From Octopus bimaculoides (lineage: Eukaryota), in NCBI RefSeq assembly GCF_001194135.2, contig NC_068987.1, positions 82,635,150 to 82,680,567 on the forward strand: a DNA stretch of 45,418 nucleotides, given 5' to 3'. Below the pieces are notes generated by a model, which was not told the origin of the DNA, did not search any database, and was given only the letters and a program-made list of their open reading frames with translations. The position numbers and the translations under genes were made by a program. This document shows positions 35,510 to 45,418 of this stretch, piece after piece (the first letter of the stretch is position 1; the number at the start of each line of letters is the position of its first letter).

Positions 35510-35671
35510 CGACGGGCTTCTTTCATATTCCGTCCTCCAAATCCACTCACAAGGCTTTGGTTGGCCCGAGGCTACAGTAGAAGAAACTTGCCCAAGGTGC
35601 CACGCAGTGGGAATGAACCCGGAACCATGTGGTTGGTAAGCAAGCTACTCACCACACAGCCACATCTACGC
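35228..35671 (-). mobile_element. SINE family 1, full length, well preserved
   Basis: Complete collinear copy with internal (CA)n(TA)n. Confidence 0.92.
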
Positions 35672-35799
35672 TTACAATTTCGGGTGAGTAGGTAAGTCGG
35701 TCACATCGACCCTCAGTGCTCAACTGGTGTTTATTTTATCGACTACTTTGAGACTTTGATAAGTCTGAAAAACAATATGGCATAATATAGAGAGACAAA

Positions 35800-36034
35800 G
35801 GCGGCGTGCTGGCAGAGTCGTTAGCACGCCGGGCGAAATGCTTAGTAGTATTTCGTCTGCTGCTACGTTCTGAGTTCAAATTCCGCCGAGGTCGACTTTG
35901 CCTTTCATTCTTTCGGGGGTCGATTAAATAAGTACCAGTTACGCACTGGAGTCGATATAATCGACTTAATCCGTTTGTCTGTCTTTGTTTGTCCCCCTCG
36001 GTGTGTAGCCCCTTGTGGGCAGTAAAGAAATAAG
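35800..36034 (+). mobile_element. SINE family 2, full length, followed by (ATAG)n
   Basis: GGCGGCGTGCTGGCAGAGTCGTTAGC...GAGTTCAAATTCCGCCGAGGTCGACTTTGCCTTTCATTCTTTCGGGG...GTAAAGAAATAAG. Confidence 0.93.
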
Positions 36035-36065
36035 ATAGATAGATAGACGAAAGAATGGGTAGGTG

Positions 36066-36111
<46 letters not shown>

Positions 36112-36145
36112 CACACAAACAGACAGATATAATGATTAGATAGAT

Positions 36146-36226
36146 GAGGAGGGGTAGGGTGAGGAGGGGTAGGGTGAGGAGTGGTAGGGTGAGGAGGGGT
36201 AGGGTGAGGAGGGGTAGGGTGAGGAG
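36146..36226 (+). repeat. 15-bp G-rich minisatellite (GAGGAGGGGTAGGGT) x5
   Basis: Direct reading, with one substitution in unit 3. Confidence 0.95.
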
Positions 36227-36343
36227 GATGGTGGTGGTGATTTTCGATGATGACGGCGACTACGACGACGATGATGACGATGACGATGACGACGACGGCG
36301 GCGGCGGTGACGACGGCGGCGGCGGTGACGACGACGATGATGA
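36227..36343. repeat. Compound (GGT/GAT/GAC/GGC)n tract
   Basis: Direct reading. Confidence 0.9.
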
Positions 36344-36729
36344 TTTTAACGTAGACATAATGACTCAGAATTCCGAAAGAAAGGAAAAGGCAAGCAAATG
36401 GAGGGGTCACAACACCCCGATACCGTTCCAAGAAGCAGTTAAGATGATCTTAGAAAACCCACCACAATAGTACAAACCCTAAAGCTTAACACTGAATTGT
36501 TTAACAACAAAGCCGCCATTGTATTATTGAAGAAATGTAACACAGCCATACTTAAATACGTCCTGAGTTTTTACAAAGGAGTGAGAAGTGAGTTGGCATA
36601 CAAGAATGATTTAAGCTTGCAATGCAGATATATTTCTATAGACGCTGATATTACACTCTCCTCCTTTTAATTTTCTTTCTTTTGCATTTTCCCTCTGACT
36701 TCCGGTTTACTACCTGCTATTTTTTCTCG

Positions 36730-36771
<42 letters not shown>

Positions 36772-36972
36772 CTCTCTCTTTCTTTCTCTCTCTCTCTTTT
36801 TCTTTATTTTTCTCTCGATATCCTCTCCATTCACATTTCCATATCTAGCTTTCTCTCAATATCTCGTCCACGGGCTGCTGCACACGTCTTTCCGTATAAT
36901 TTTCTCCTCTATATTCTCATGATGATTCACGTTTTTTTTTCTCCCTCTATTTCTTAGCTTCCTATCTCTCCA

Positions 36973-37022
<50 letters not shown>

Positions 37023-37968
37023 NNNNNNNNNNNNNNNNNNNNNNNNNNNNNNNNNNNNNNNNNNNNNNNNNNNNNNNNNNNNNNNNNNNNNNNNNNNNNN
37101 NNNNNNNNNNNNNNNNNNNNNNNNNNNNNNNNNNNNNNNNNNNNNNNNNNNNNNNNNNNNNNNNNNNNNNNNNNNNNNNNNNNNNNNNNNNNNNNNNNNN
37201 NNNNNNNNNNNNNNNNNNNNNNNNNNNNNNNNNNNNNNNNNNNNNNNNNNNNNNNNNNNNNNNNNNNNNNNNNNNNNNNNNNNNNNNNNNNNNNNNNNNN
37301 NNNNNNNNNNNNNNNNNNNNNNNNNNNNNNNNNNNNNNNNNNNNNNNNNNNNNNNNNNNNNNNNNNNNNNNNNNNNNNNNNNNNNNNNNNNNNNNNNNNN
37401 NNNNNNNNNNNNNNNNNNNNNNNNNNNNNNNNNNNNNNNNNNNNNNNNNNNNNNNNNNNNNNNNNNNNNNNNNNNNNNNNNNNNNNNNNNNNNNNNNNNN
37501 NNNNNNNNNNNNNNNNNNNNNNNNNNNNNNNNNNNNNNNNNNNNNNNNNNNNNNNNNNNNNNNNNNNNNNNNNNNNNNNNNNNNNNNNNNNNNNNNNNNN
37601 NNNNNNNNNNNNNNNNNNNNNNNNNNNNNNNNNNNNNNNNNNNNNNNNNNNNNNNNNNNNNNNNNNNNNNNNNNNNNNNNNNNNNNNNNNNNNNNNNNNN
37701 NNNNNNNNNNNNNNNNNNNNNNNNNNNNNNNNNNNNNNNNNNNNNNNNNNNNNNNNNNNNNNNNNNNNNNNNNNNNNNNNNNNNNNNNNNNNNNNNNNNN
37801 NNNNNNNNNNNNNNNNNNNNNNNNNNNNNNNNNNNNNNNNNNNNNNNNNNNNNNNNNNNNNNNNNNNNNNNNNNNNNNNNNNNNNNNNNNNNNNNNNNNN
37901 NNNNNNNNNNNNNNNNTATGAAATCATATATATATATATATATAATATACATATATTTACATATATCT

Positions 37969-38051
<83 letters not shown>

Positions 38052-38489
38052 CGCATAATCACTTTTATCCGAGATGTGCATATGTATGTATATATGATTT
38101 CATATTTTTGATCTGCTACAAACAAAACGAAATAAAATACAACAAACCCAAAGCAAAAAAAAAGAAAAGAAATCAATGAATAATAAAACAAGGAACACAT
38201 TTAAATACCAAACTAATAAAGTTCCTGAGATAAGTAACCAAATTCATTGACACCTCATTGAATTCCCATTGAATTCCCATTGAATTTCGACGTCAATTGC
38301 GCATTAAACAGATAATTTTAAAGCAACTAAAAGGCAGAAAAAATATTCATATAAAATATGAATGCATGCTAGAATCAATGTGAATATATTTCAGTCAATA
38401 ACTTTATGCATTCAATAATTAAGCAATGAAATATTTACGAGGAAAAATATTGATGCAGATCAAATTTCTAATTATTTATACTATACTTG

Positions 38490-38750
38490 TTTCTTTCTTT
38501 CACTCTTTTTAAATTGTTTCAGTCATTGGACTTCGGCCATGCTGGTGCACCACTTTGAAAGGTTTTAGTTAATCAAATCAATTCCAATTTATATATTTAT
38601 CAAATGTTTGGCTGCTTGTTACATCGTTCTCTTTTATCGAACCAACAGGTTACTAGAATGTAAAGGAACTTGCTGTCAAGTCGTGTGGGGACGAACACAG
38701 CACAAGTGCAAAGACACACACATTCACTCACACACACATACACACATCCA
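38490..38750 (-). mobile_element. SINE family 1, 3' half, degraded
   Basis: TGTTTCAGTCATTGGACTTCGGCCATGCTGGTGCACC...TTTTATCGAACC. Confidence 0.75.
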
Positions 38751-38799
38751 CATACATATATACATATAATATATATATCAAAATTTTCATAGAAATCGA

Positions 38800-39090
38800 C
38801 CCATGATAAACAATGATGTGGCTATTAAAATTCATAACAGAACGTGTGTAAAATGTGGAAGGGTGTGCCTCTCAGTTGGAGGCCTAAAAAGACATGTTAA
38901 GGGAGTGCATATGGTGGCACCTGTTTCTCCTGCCAGCCAGCACAGTTGTCTAGTATTTAATAAAATGTGTAAAAGCTTGGCCGGGGTTAAAAGTCATATA
39001 AGCGCATCACATGGCAACAACCATGAATCATTTCAGTAAGTCTTCTTGGCAATGGCTTTTCTCGTGTAACGAGGGTGTAGCTGTGACATT
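38800..39090 (+). pseudogene. LINE (RTE-like) 3' end with two C2H2-like fingers
   Basis: CVKCGRVCLSVGGLKRHVKGVH and CLVFNKMCKSLAGVKSHISASH. Confidence 0.65.
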
Positions 39091-39256
39091 TATTTGTATA
39101 GATGTCACAGCTGCAAAATTTCATTATATTATATTATTTAATATATTATATTATATCAGATTGTAAATAAGATTGTTAATAAAACGTGAATATCAAACAA
39201 AGCTGGAATTTCTTTGAGTAATATATTCTTCTATACACAATCATACACACCCGTGT

Positions 39257-39287
<31 letters not shown>

Positions 39288-39321
39288 CATGTATACAGGT
39301 GTGTGTGTGTATGTTTGTATG

Positions 39322-39485
39322 TTACAGAAAGTAAAATAGATCTCGAACGGTGAGGAATAGATGTGAAAACTGCCTAGAAAATTGGGTAAATACCCATAGA
39401 AGACGTCTTCTAGGGATATTTACTCAATTTTCTAGGCAGTTTTCACAGCCAATCCGCGTTCGAGATTTACTTTATTTTCCTGTAA
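39322..39485. mobile_element. Palindromic Tc1/pogo-like MITE
   Basis: TA|CAG...CTG|TA ends. Loop-less palindrome centred on GAC|GTC (39404/39405); 43-bp core arms with 3 mismatches. Confidence 0.8.
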
Positions 39486-39648
39486 AATACCAAATGACTC
39501 GGCGCTTTTAAATTTGTTTATATATATATTTTTATTTGTGTGTATGTGTTTGTGTGTATCCATATCTGTATCTTCTATCTCTCTACGTATGTATGTATGT
39601 ATGTATGTATGTATGTATGTATGTATGTATCTATCTATCTATCTATCA

Positions 39649-39680
<32 letters not shown>

Positions 39681-40831
39681 CTTTTATTGTATATATATAT
39701 ATATTACTTTTATTGTATATATATATATATTACTTTTATTCGTTTTACCCATGCAGCTGCGGTCATGCTACATAATAAGTGTGTATATGTATCTATTATT
39801 TACGGGTAGCCTTCTACTTCTTCTGTCCGTGAGATCCTTTACCCAACACCCACGCCCTATTATTTATAGCTTTATCTTCTTCGAGTTCTATAGTTAAAAA
39901 CGAATTACATATATAAATATACATAATACTTCTTTTATCAATACTACCTTACATTTCACAGTTACACGTGCCTATGTGCGTATCTATGTGTGTGTGTGTG
40001 AATGTGTGCGTGTATTCTTTTTCGGTTATAATTGAGTGTAATCTACCGAATGTAAATTTGAAAATAACACGGAAATGGAATTTCCAGTTGAGATCAATTT
40101 AAAAGCATGAAATTAATTGGTTTTAACATTCTAACACACTCAGGGCCTTTTTTTTTTCCTTCTGCTTTTGTTTTCTATTTCTTCTTTCTTATTCTTTCCC
40201 CACCACCAACTTTAGCTAAGCCTCTGTAGTTATTGCTCTTTTTTACAACTCTGGTATATTAGTATATTTCTCTTTTCTATTCTGCCAGTCACATTACTAT
40301 AGTTCATTCTCAGATGTCAAATTCTATGTAAGGCATCATTTACAGAAGGCACTGATGCATTTGTTGAAGGGTTTTAAATTAAATGAAAACCAATAGCACC
40401 GTTTGATTGCACACCATGCATACTTGAAATCTTTTATATTGAAATTTTAGAATCAGTAAAGTCTGATAAGCTGGAAGAAAGAGTAAATCTTCGGACTAAA
40501 TGACATTCTGAATTAAAATCTTGTCGAAGTCTACATTACCTTCTATGATACTTCGGATGACAAAACAAGTACGAATACCAACCCGAACTGTGGCAGGCCA
40601 TACTAAAATGTTCATATTTGAATTAAAATCTTGAGCTAAATCTCATTAGAATACGGATATCATGAGATTTCGCTTTGTCGACACCGACAGAATACTGGCC
40701 TCAATTGTTGATTCGACTCTGCAACGTTCTCACCAAAGCAGTTCACTTACGGATTTCTTAAAAGCTTTTCAAACGGTGTAAAATGTTGTGGGAAGCTAAC
40801 AGCCATTAGGTAAATTAGCAGGAAATGATGT

Positions 40832-40880
<49 letters not shown>

Positions 40881-40899
40881 TGTGTACACACAAGCATAT

Positions 40900-41109
40900 T
40901 CTTTTATTCTTTTGCCTGTTTCAGTCATTTGATTGCGGCCATGCTAGAGCATAGCCTTTAGTCGAACAAATCGACCCCAGGACTTATTTCTTGTAAGCCT
41001 AGTACTTATTTTATCGGTCTCTTTTTGCCGAACCGCTGATATTACAGGATGTAGACACACCAATATCGGTTGTCAAGCGATGGTGTGGAAGACAAACACA
41101 GACACACAA

Positions 41110-41168
<59 letters not shown>

Positions 41169-41328
41169 CATACATATATACGACAGGCTTCTTTCAGTTT
41201 CCGTCTACCAAATCCATCCACAAGGATTTGGTCGATCCGACACTTGCCCAAGTTGTGAGGCAGTGGGATTGAACCCGGAACTATATGGTTGGGAAGTCAA
41301 CTTCTTACCACACAGCCACACCAGCGCC
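40900..41328 (-). mobile_element. SINE family 1, full length with internal (TA)n
   Basis: Collinear with the 35228-35671 copy. Confidence 0.92.
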
Positions 41329-41356
41329 TATGTATACATATTATACATGTCTTTAC

Positions 41357-41910
41357 ATAATAATAATGTTCATCCATCGTTGTCGACAATGGCCAATCCC
41401 ATTACATGGGAGATGGGTCACGGTGTGTCCGATGCCTCCTTGGAAGACTAGACCACAGGTCGGGCACTGATGGTCTGCTGAAAACGATGGCAATGAGTTC
41501 GCTCTGGACATGCGCATCTCACGTTTTCTTTGTGATCCTGCGAACCTGTTCTGTTCGTAGGAGATGGCATCGCTGATGGGGCAGCTTCGCTAGGCAGGGT
41601 AGTCCTGCGCTTGCATTCCCCAAGTGTCAGGGATGATCTCAATGCATTATAGTGGAGTTTGGAATGTATCCTTGAAGCGCTTTTTCTGTGCACCTTGTGT
41701 ACGCTTTCCTTTTGCCAGTTCTCTGTGAAACAGTCCTTTGGGGAGTCGTGTGTTAGGCATTCGAACAAGGTATGCATAAGAAATTACGGTAGACAAGTAT
41801 ATATCATTTGTTCCCTGCGTACTTTTCCCTGTTCCGGTTGTTTGGGACCACAACATGTTCCAAGTTAGCTCAGATGTTTAACATTAACGGAACATCATGT
41901 AGAACTCGAA
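41357..41910 (-). pseudogene. RTE-clade (BovB-like) LINE 3' end with 3' UTR and (TTA)n tail
   Basis: LVRMPNTRLPKGLFHRELAKGKRTQGAQKKRFKDT...PDTW...AQD; ends GGCCATTGTCGACAACGATGGATGAAC(ATT)n. Confidence 0.9.
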
Positions 41911-41955
41911 ACTCAACAATTACAGTCGTACATCTAATTGTACACACAAGCTATA

Positions 41956-42562
41956 TTGTATGTATGTATGTATGTATGTATGTATGTATGTATGTATGTA
42001 TGTGTATAGGTATGTATGTGCGTATATATGTAGGTATGTATGTATGTGAGTATGTAGGTATGTATGTATGTATGTATATATGTAAATATCCATGTATATA
42101 TGTATGTATGTTTATATGTATGTATGTATATACGTATGTATATATACATGCATACCTATTTACCTACCTACCTACCTACCTACCAATCTACCTACCTACT
42201 ACCTACCTACCTACCTACATACATACATGCACACACATACATACATGCACACATACATACATGCATACGTACGTACATACATACGTACATACGTACATAC
42301 ATACATACATGCGTATGTACATACATTCGTATGTACATACATACGTACATACATACATACATACATACATACATGCATATGTACGTACATACATACGTAC
42401 ATACGTACATACATACATGCGTATGTACATACATACGTACATACATACATACATAAATGCATACGTACGTACATACATACGTACATACGTACGTACATAC
42501 ATACATACATACATACATACATACATACATACATACATACATACATACATACATACATACAT
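41956..42562. repeat. Compound tetranucleotide array (TATG)n-(CCTA)n-(CATA/CGTA)n
   Basis: Direct reading; explains the cluster of YVCM/HTYI ORFs. Confidence 0.95.
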
Positions 42563-43129
42563 AAGAAGCTAAGTGAATAAAATTTTTACAACTGAACTGA
42601 AAAAGCTCATTCTTCAGGAAATTAACTACCGAGGAATCATATTTGATTCTATTCCAGTGTTAACATCGTTTAGGCGACAAGTTGCTTGATTTCTTTTGTA
42701 ATTTATTTTACACCACAGACTGATCGGTTGCACAATTTGGAGCTTTTAGTCACTAATTATCGATGACCGAGTGACACAGTCTGGCATTTAAAAGTACAGC
42801 AGTAATATTGTTTCTCTGTATTTCTCTGAGTCTCCAAGCTTACTACAAATAGTATTCTAACGATTACAGCCTTTGATTAAGACAACCAAGTTTTCTTGTA
42901 GTGGACTCCACTGAGTGTTTTTGCTTGTTTGCTTTTTTCTTCTTAATATGGTCTAAGTTAAAATAACACTAAATATGGACTCCACTAGCTGTACAATTAC
43001 CCTAAACAAAGCGATGTAAAGATGGCGCCCCAACGACAGCATCCAGAATTGACAGTTAAAGCCAGGATAAGGCAAACCGTTAATCTCGACACATTTTATT
43101 CTCACTCCGTCTTTTCGTTCTCTCTACAT

Positions 43130-43245
43130 TTTCTTTCCTCTCATCCGTTTCTTCTTTCGAAGAGCGTCAGCTCGAAACGTCAAAGACTTTTCCATTCTTT
43201 CCGAGCATCAAATGAATACACTCGCTTGTTGTTCCCTAACACAGA
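43130..43245 (+). mobile_element. Penelope-like terminal fragment (family D) with hammerhead remnant at 43153-43186
   Basis: TCTTT CGA A GAGC gtca GCTC GAAAC GTC AAAGA; lacks 4 nt of the core relative to 3554-3590. Confidence 0.6.
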
Positions 43246-43257
43246 CACACACACACA

Positions 43258-43420
43258 TGGATTCTCTCGTCGCAAACGACAAGTGAGGGCTCAGTAAAAG
43301 AAAGCGGTAATTATATTCTACAGACACGCATCTCTCTTAAGGCCGGCTGGTGCCTTGTAAAGCTTTTGGTGAATGGAACAAGTTGAGGACTCAGCTTGCT
43401 CGAGAGCATGTGGATCATAT
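43258..43420 (-). pseudogene. LINE (RTE-like) 3' end with decayed finger
   Basis: STCSIHQKLYKAPAGLKRDA, homologous to the other two finger remnants. Confidence 0.5.
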
Positions 43421-43448
43421 ATGCAAACACACACGCACACACACACAT

Positions 43449-43501
<53 letters not shown>

Positions 43502-44054
43502 TCATATATATATATATGTATATATATATTATGGATATTATGGAGAAAGTGCGTGAGTTCAAGTGATATGGTCACGGTGATAACTTCCAGCACGTTTCTG
43601 TCATAGCGAGATAAAGTCAAGATGGTTATATAATAATCTAGATCTGATCACAGAGCTAAGAGAAAATTAGTTTCGACTCACTATGCCAAGTATGGCAGCC
43701 ACCACTTAACTATCCGTTATTCAAGCAAACAGCAACCCAGAGATATTTTCCAGCATTATTAATAGATATTACTTATACAGTTGCTACCATAACTACAAGA
43801 GATCAGACACACTTACTCACTCCCTGTATAATTTAATGAATATTAATTAAAATTATGGGAGTTCTCTCTCTTGCCCATTGCAATAGTAATTTTTCATTAA
43901 CGTTAATGAATTCAATTGATTAGAAATGATTTTCGACTTACCTTGCCAAATATCGTAGACTGTAGTTAATTACATGTTCTGTGTTGAAGACACTCATGGG
44001 ATATTTTCCAGTGTCTTTATACATGTGTGTGTGTACATGTTTGTACGTGTGTGT

Positions 44055-44095
<41 letters not shown>

Positions 44096-44217
44096 TTTTC
44101 AAGTGTGTGCATGTACGTTTGTGCGTGTGTTTGCATGTGTTGTATGTGTGTGTGTGAGTGTGCGTATGGACGTGTGCATGTGTGTGGTTGTATATATGAA
44201 TGGTGATATACTTATAT

Positions 44218-44252
<35 letters not shown>

Positions 44253-45124
44253 AATATATATANNNNNNNNNNNNNNNNNNNNNNNNNNNNNNNNNNNNNN
44301 NNNNNNNNNNNNNNNNNNNNNNNNNNNNNNNNNNNNNNNNNNNNNNNNNNNNNNNNNNNNNNNNNNNNNNNNNNNNNNNNNNNNNNNNNNNNNNNNNNNN
44401 NNNNNNNNNNNNNNNNNNNNNNNNNNNNNNNNNNNNNNNNNNNNNNNNNNNNNNNNNNNNNNNNNNNNNNNNNNNNNNNNNNNNNNNNNNNNNNNNNNNN
44501 NNNNNNNNNNNNNNNNNNNNNNNNNNNNNNNNNNNNNNNNNNNNNNNNNNNNNNNNNNNNNNNNNNNNNNNNNNNNNNNNNNNNNNNNNNNNNNNNNNNN
44601 NNNNNNNNNNNNNNNNNNNNNNNNNNNNNNNNNNNNNNNNNNNNNNNNNNNNNNNNNNNNNNNNNNNNNNNNNNNNNNNNNNNNNNNNNNNNNNNNNNNN
44701 NNNNNNNNNNNNNNNNNNNNNNNNNNNNNNNNNNNNNNNNNNNNNNNNNNNNNNNNNNNNNNNNNNNNNNNNNNNNNNNNNNNNNNNNNNNNNNNNNNNN
44801 NNNNNNNNNNNNNNNNNNNNNNNNNNNNNNNNNNNNNNNNNNNNNNNNNNNNNNNNNNNNNNNNNNNNNNNNNNNNNNNNNNNNNNNNNNNNNNNNNNNN
44901 NNNTATATATATATATATATATATATATATCTATTATTCAAAAGAGTTCCAACTCTTTCTGTTTTATTTATATTCTTATAAAATTAATGTGGGATATAGA
45001 ATATGGAATATATAATATAATATAAATGGTAAAATGAAACGAAGTGTTGAATGTCTTATTGAATATATGAAATATTGAGTATTAAATATAGAGAATCAAA
45101 TATAGAAAGAAAATCAAATATATA

Positions 45125-45169
45125 AAGGCGAGTACGTACTTTCATGCCTATTGGCACTCATCAGGCCTC
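45125..45169 (-). ncRNA. Type I hammerhead ribozyme motif (family G), intact core
   Basis: GAGGC CTGATGA GTGCC aata GGCAT GAAA GTACGTAC TC GCCTT: all three helices form, stem III is the palindrome AGUACGUACU, triplet CUC. Confidence 0.85.
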
Positions 45170-45180
45170 GTCTGACAGAC

Positions 45181-45293
45181 TTTAGTTTAAAACTAACTCC
45201 TAATTGTCTTTGAACTTCGATTGCATTTTAAAACTCCCAGTAGCACTTCTGGACAAATTTTCTTTCACCAAAACTGAGTCTTGTTTTCTTCAT
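45181..45293 (-). pseudogene. N-terminal HTH remnant of a DUF4817-type Tc1/mariner transposase
   Basis: MKKTRLSFGERKFVQKCYWEF*NAIEVQRQ resembles the LSFxERxxxxKxYWxxENxxEVQRxF start of these transposases (from memory). Confidence 0.6.
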
Positions 45294-45368
45294 TATATGC
45301 AATGGGCTAAATCGAAAAAGAAAACAAAATCGAGATATTATCAGCTGCTAAATATATGGAGTGACAGC

Positions 45369-45418
<50 letters not shown>

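Noticed and set aside
36144-36470. RGRVR-repeat, poly-Asp/Gly 108-aa ORF resembling an RGG protein
   Set aside because: Entirely explained by the 15-bp minisatellite and trinucleotide tracts.
40640-40775. Open frames with splice-like sites on both strands
   Set aside because: Short, mutually conflicting and unrecognised; needs RNA-seq.

Overview
AT-rich, microsatellite-saturated animal genomic DNA with 14 assembly gaps (about 6.6 kb of N), most flanked by simple repeats. The two dominant tRNA-derived SINE families match, from memory, the octopus OK/OR-type SINEs, so an Octopus short-read assembly is the likely source (inference). No intact protein-coding gene can be supported. Nearly all listed ORFs are microsatellite or N-run artefacts. 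The real coding remnants are decayed transposon sequences: three mariner copies, one DUF4817-type Tc1/mariner N-terminus and five RTE-like LINE pieces. hAT-type and Tc1-type MITEs are also present. The main unexplained signal is a set of about 14 Type I, Penelope-style hammerhead ribozyme motifs in about seven sequence families. Four have the full core and all three helices: 1865-1910 (-), 2671-2727 (+), 3352-3392 (+) and 45125-45169 (-). One family is a composite element: tRNA-like Pol III head + (AAT)n + hammerhead-bearing tail. It occurs twice. One copy is inserted into a mariner transposase with a 10-12 bp target-site duplication and an inverted extra copy of its ribozyme tail. A second hammerhead family forms an equivalent fold-back at 26478-26885, and a third sits in a ~329-bp tandem unit resembling a non-LTR retrozyme. 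All ribozyme calls are by-eye structure matches; no activity is shown.
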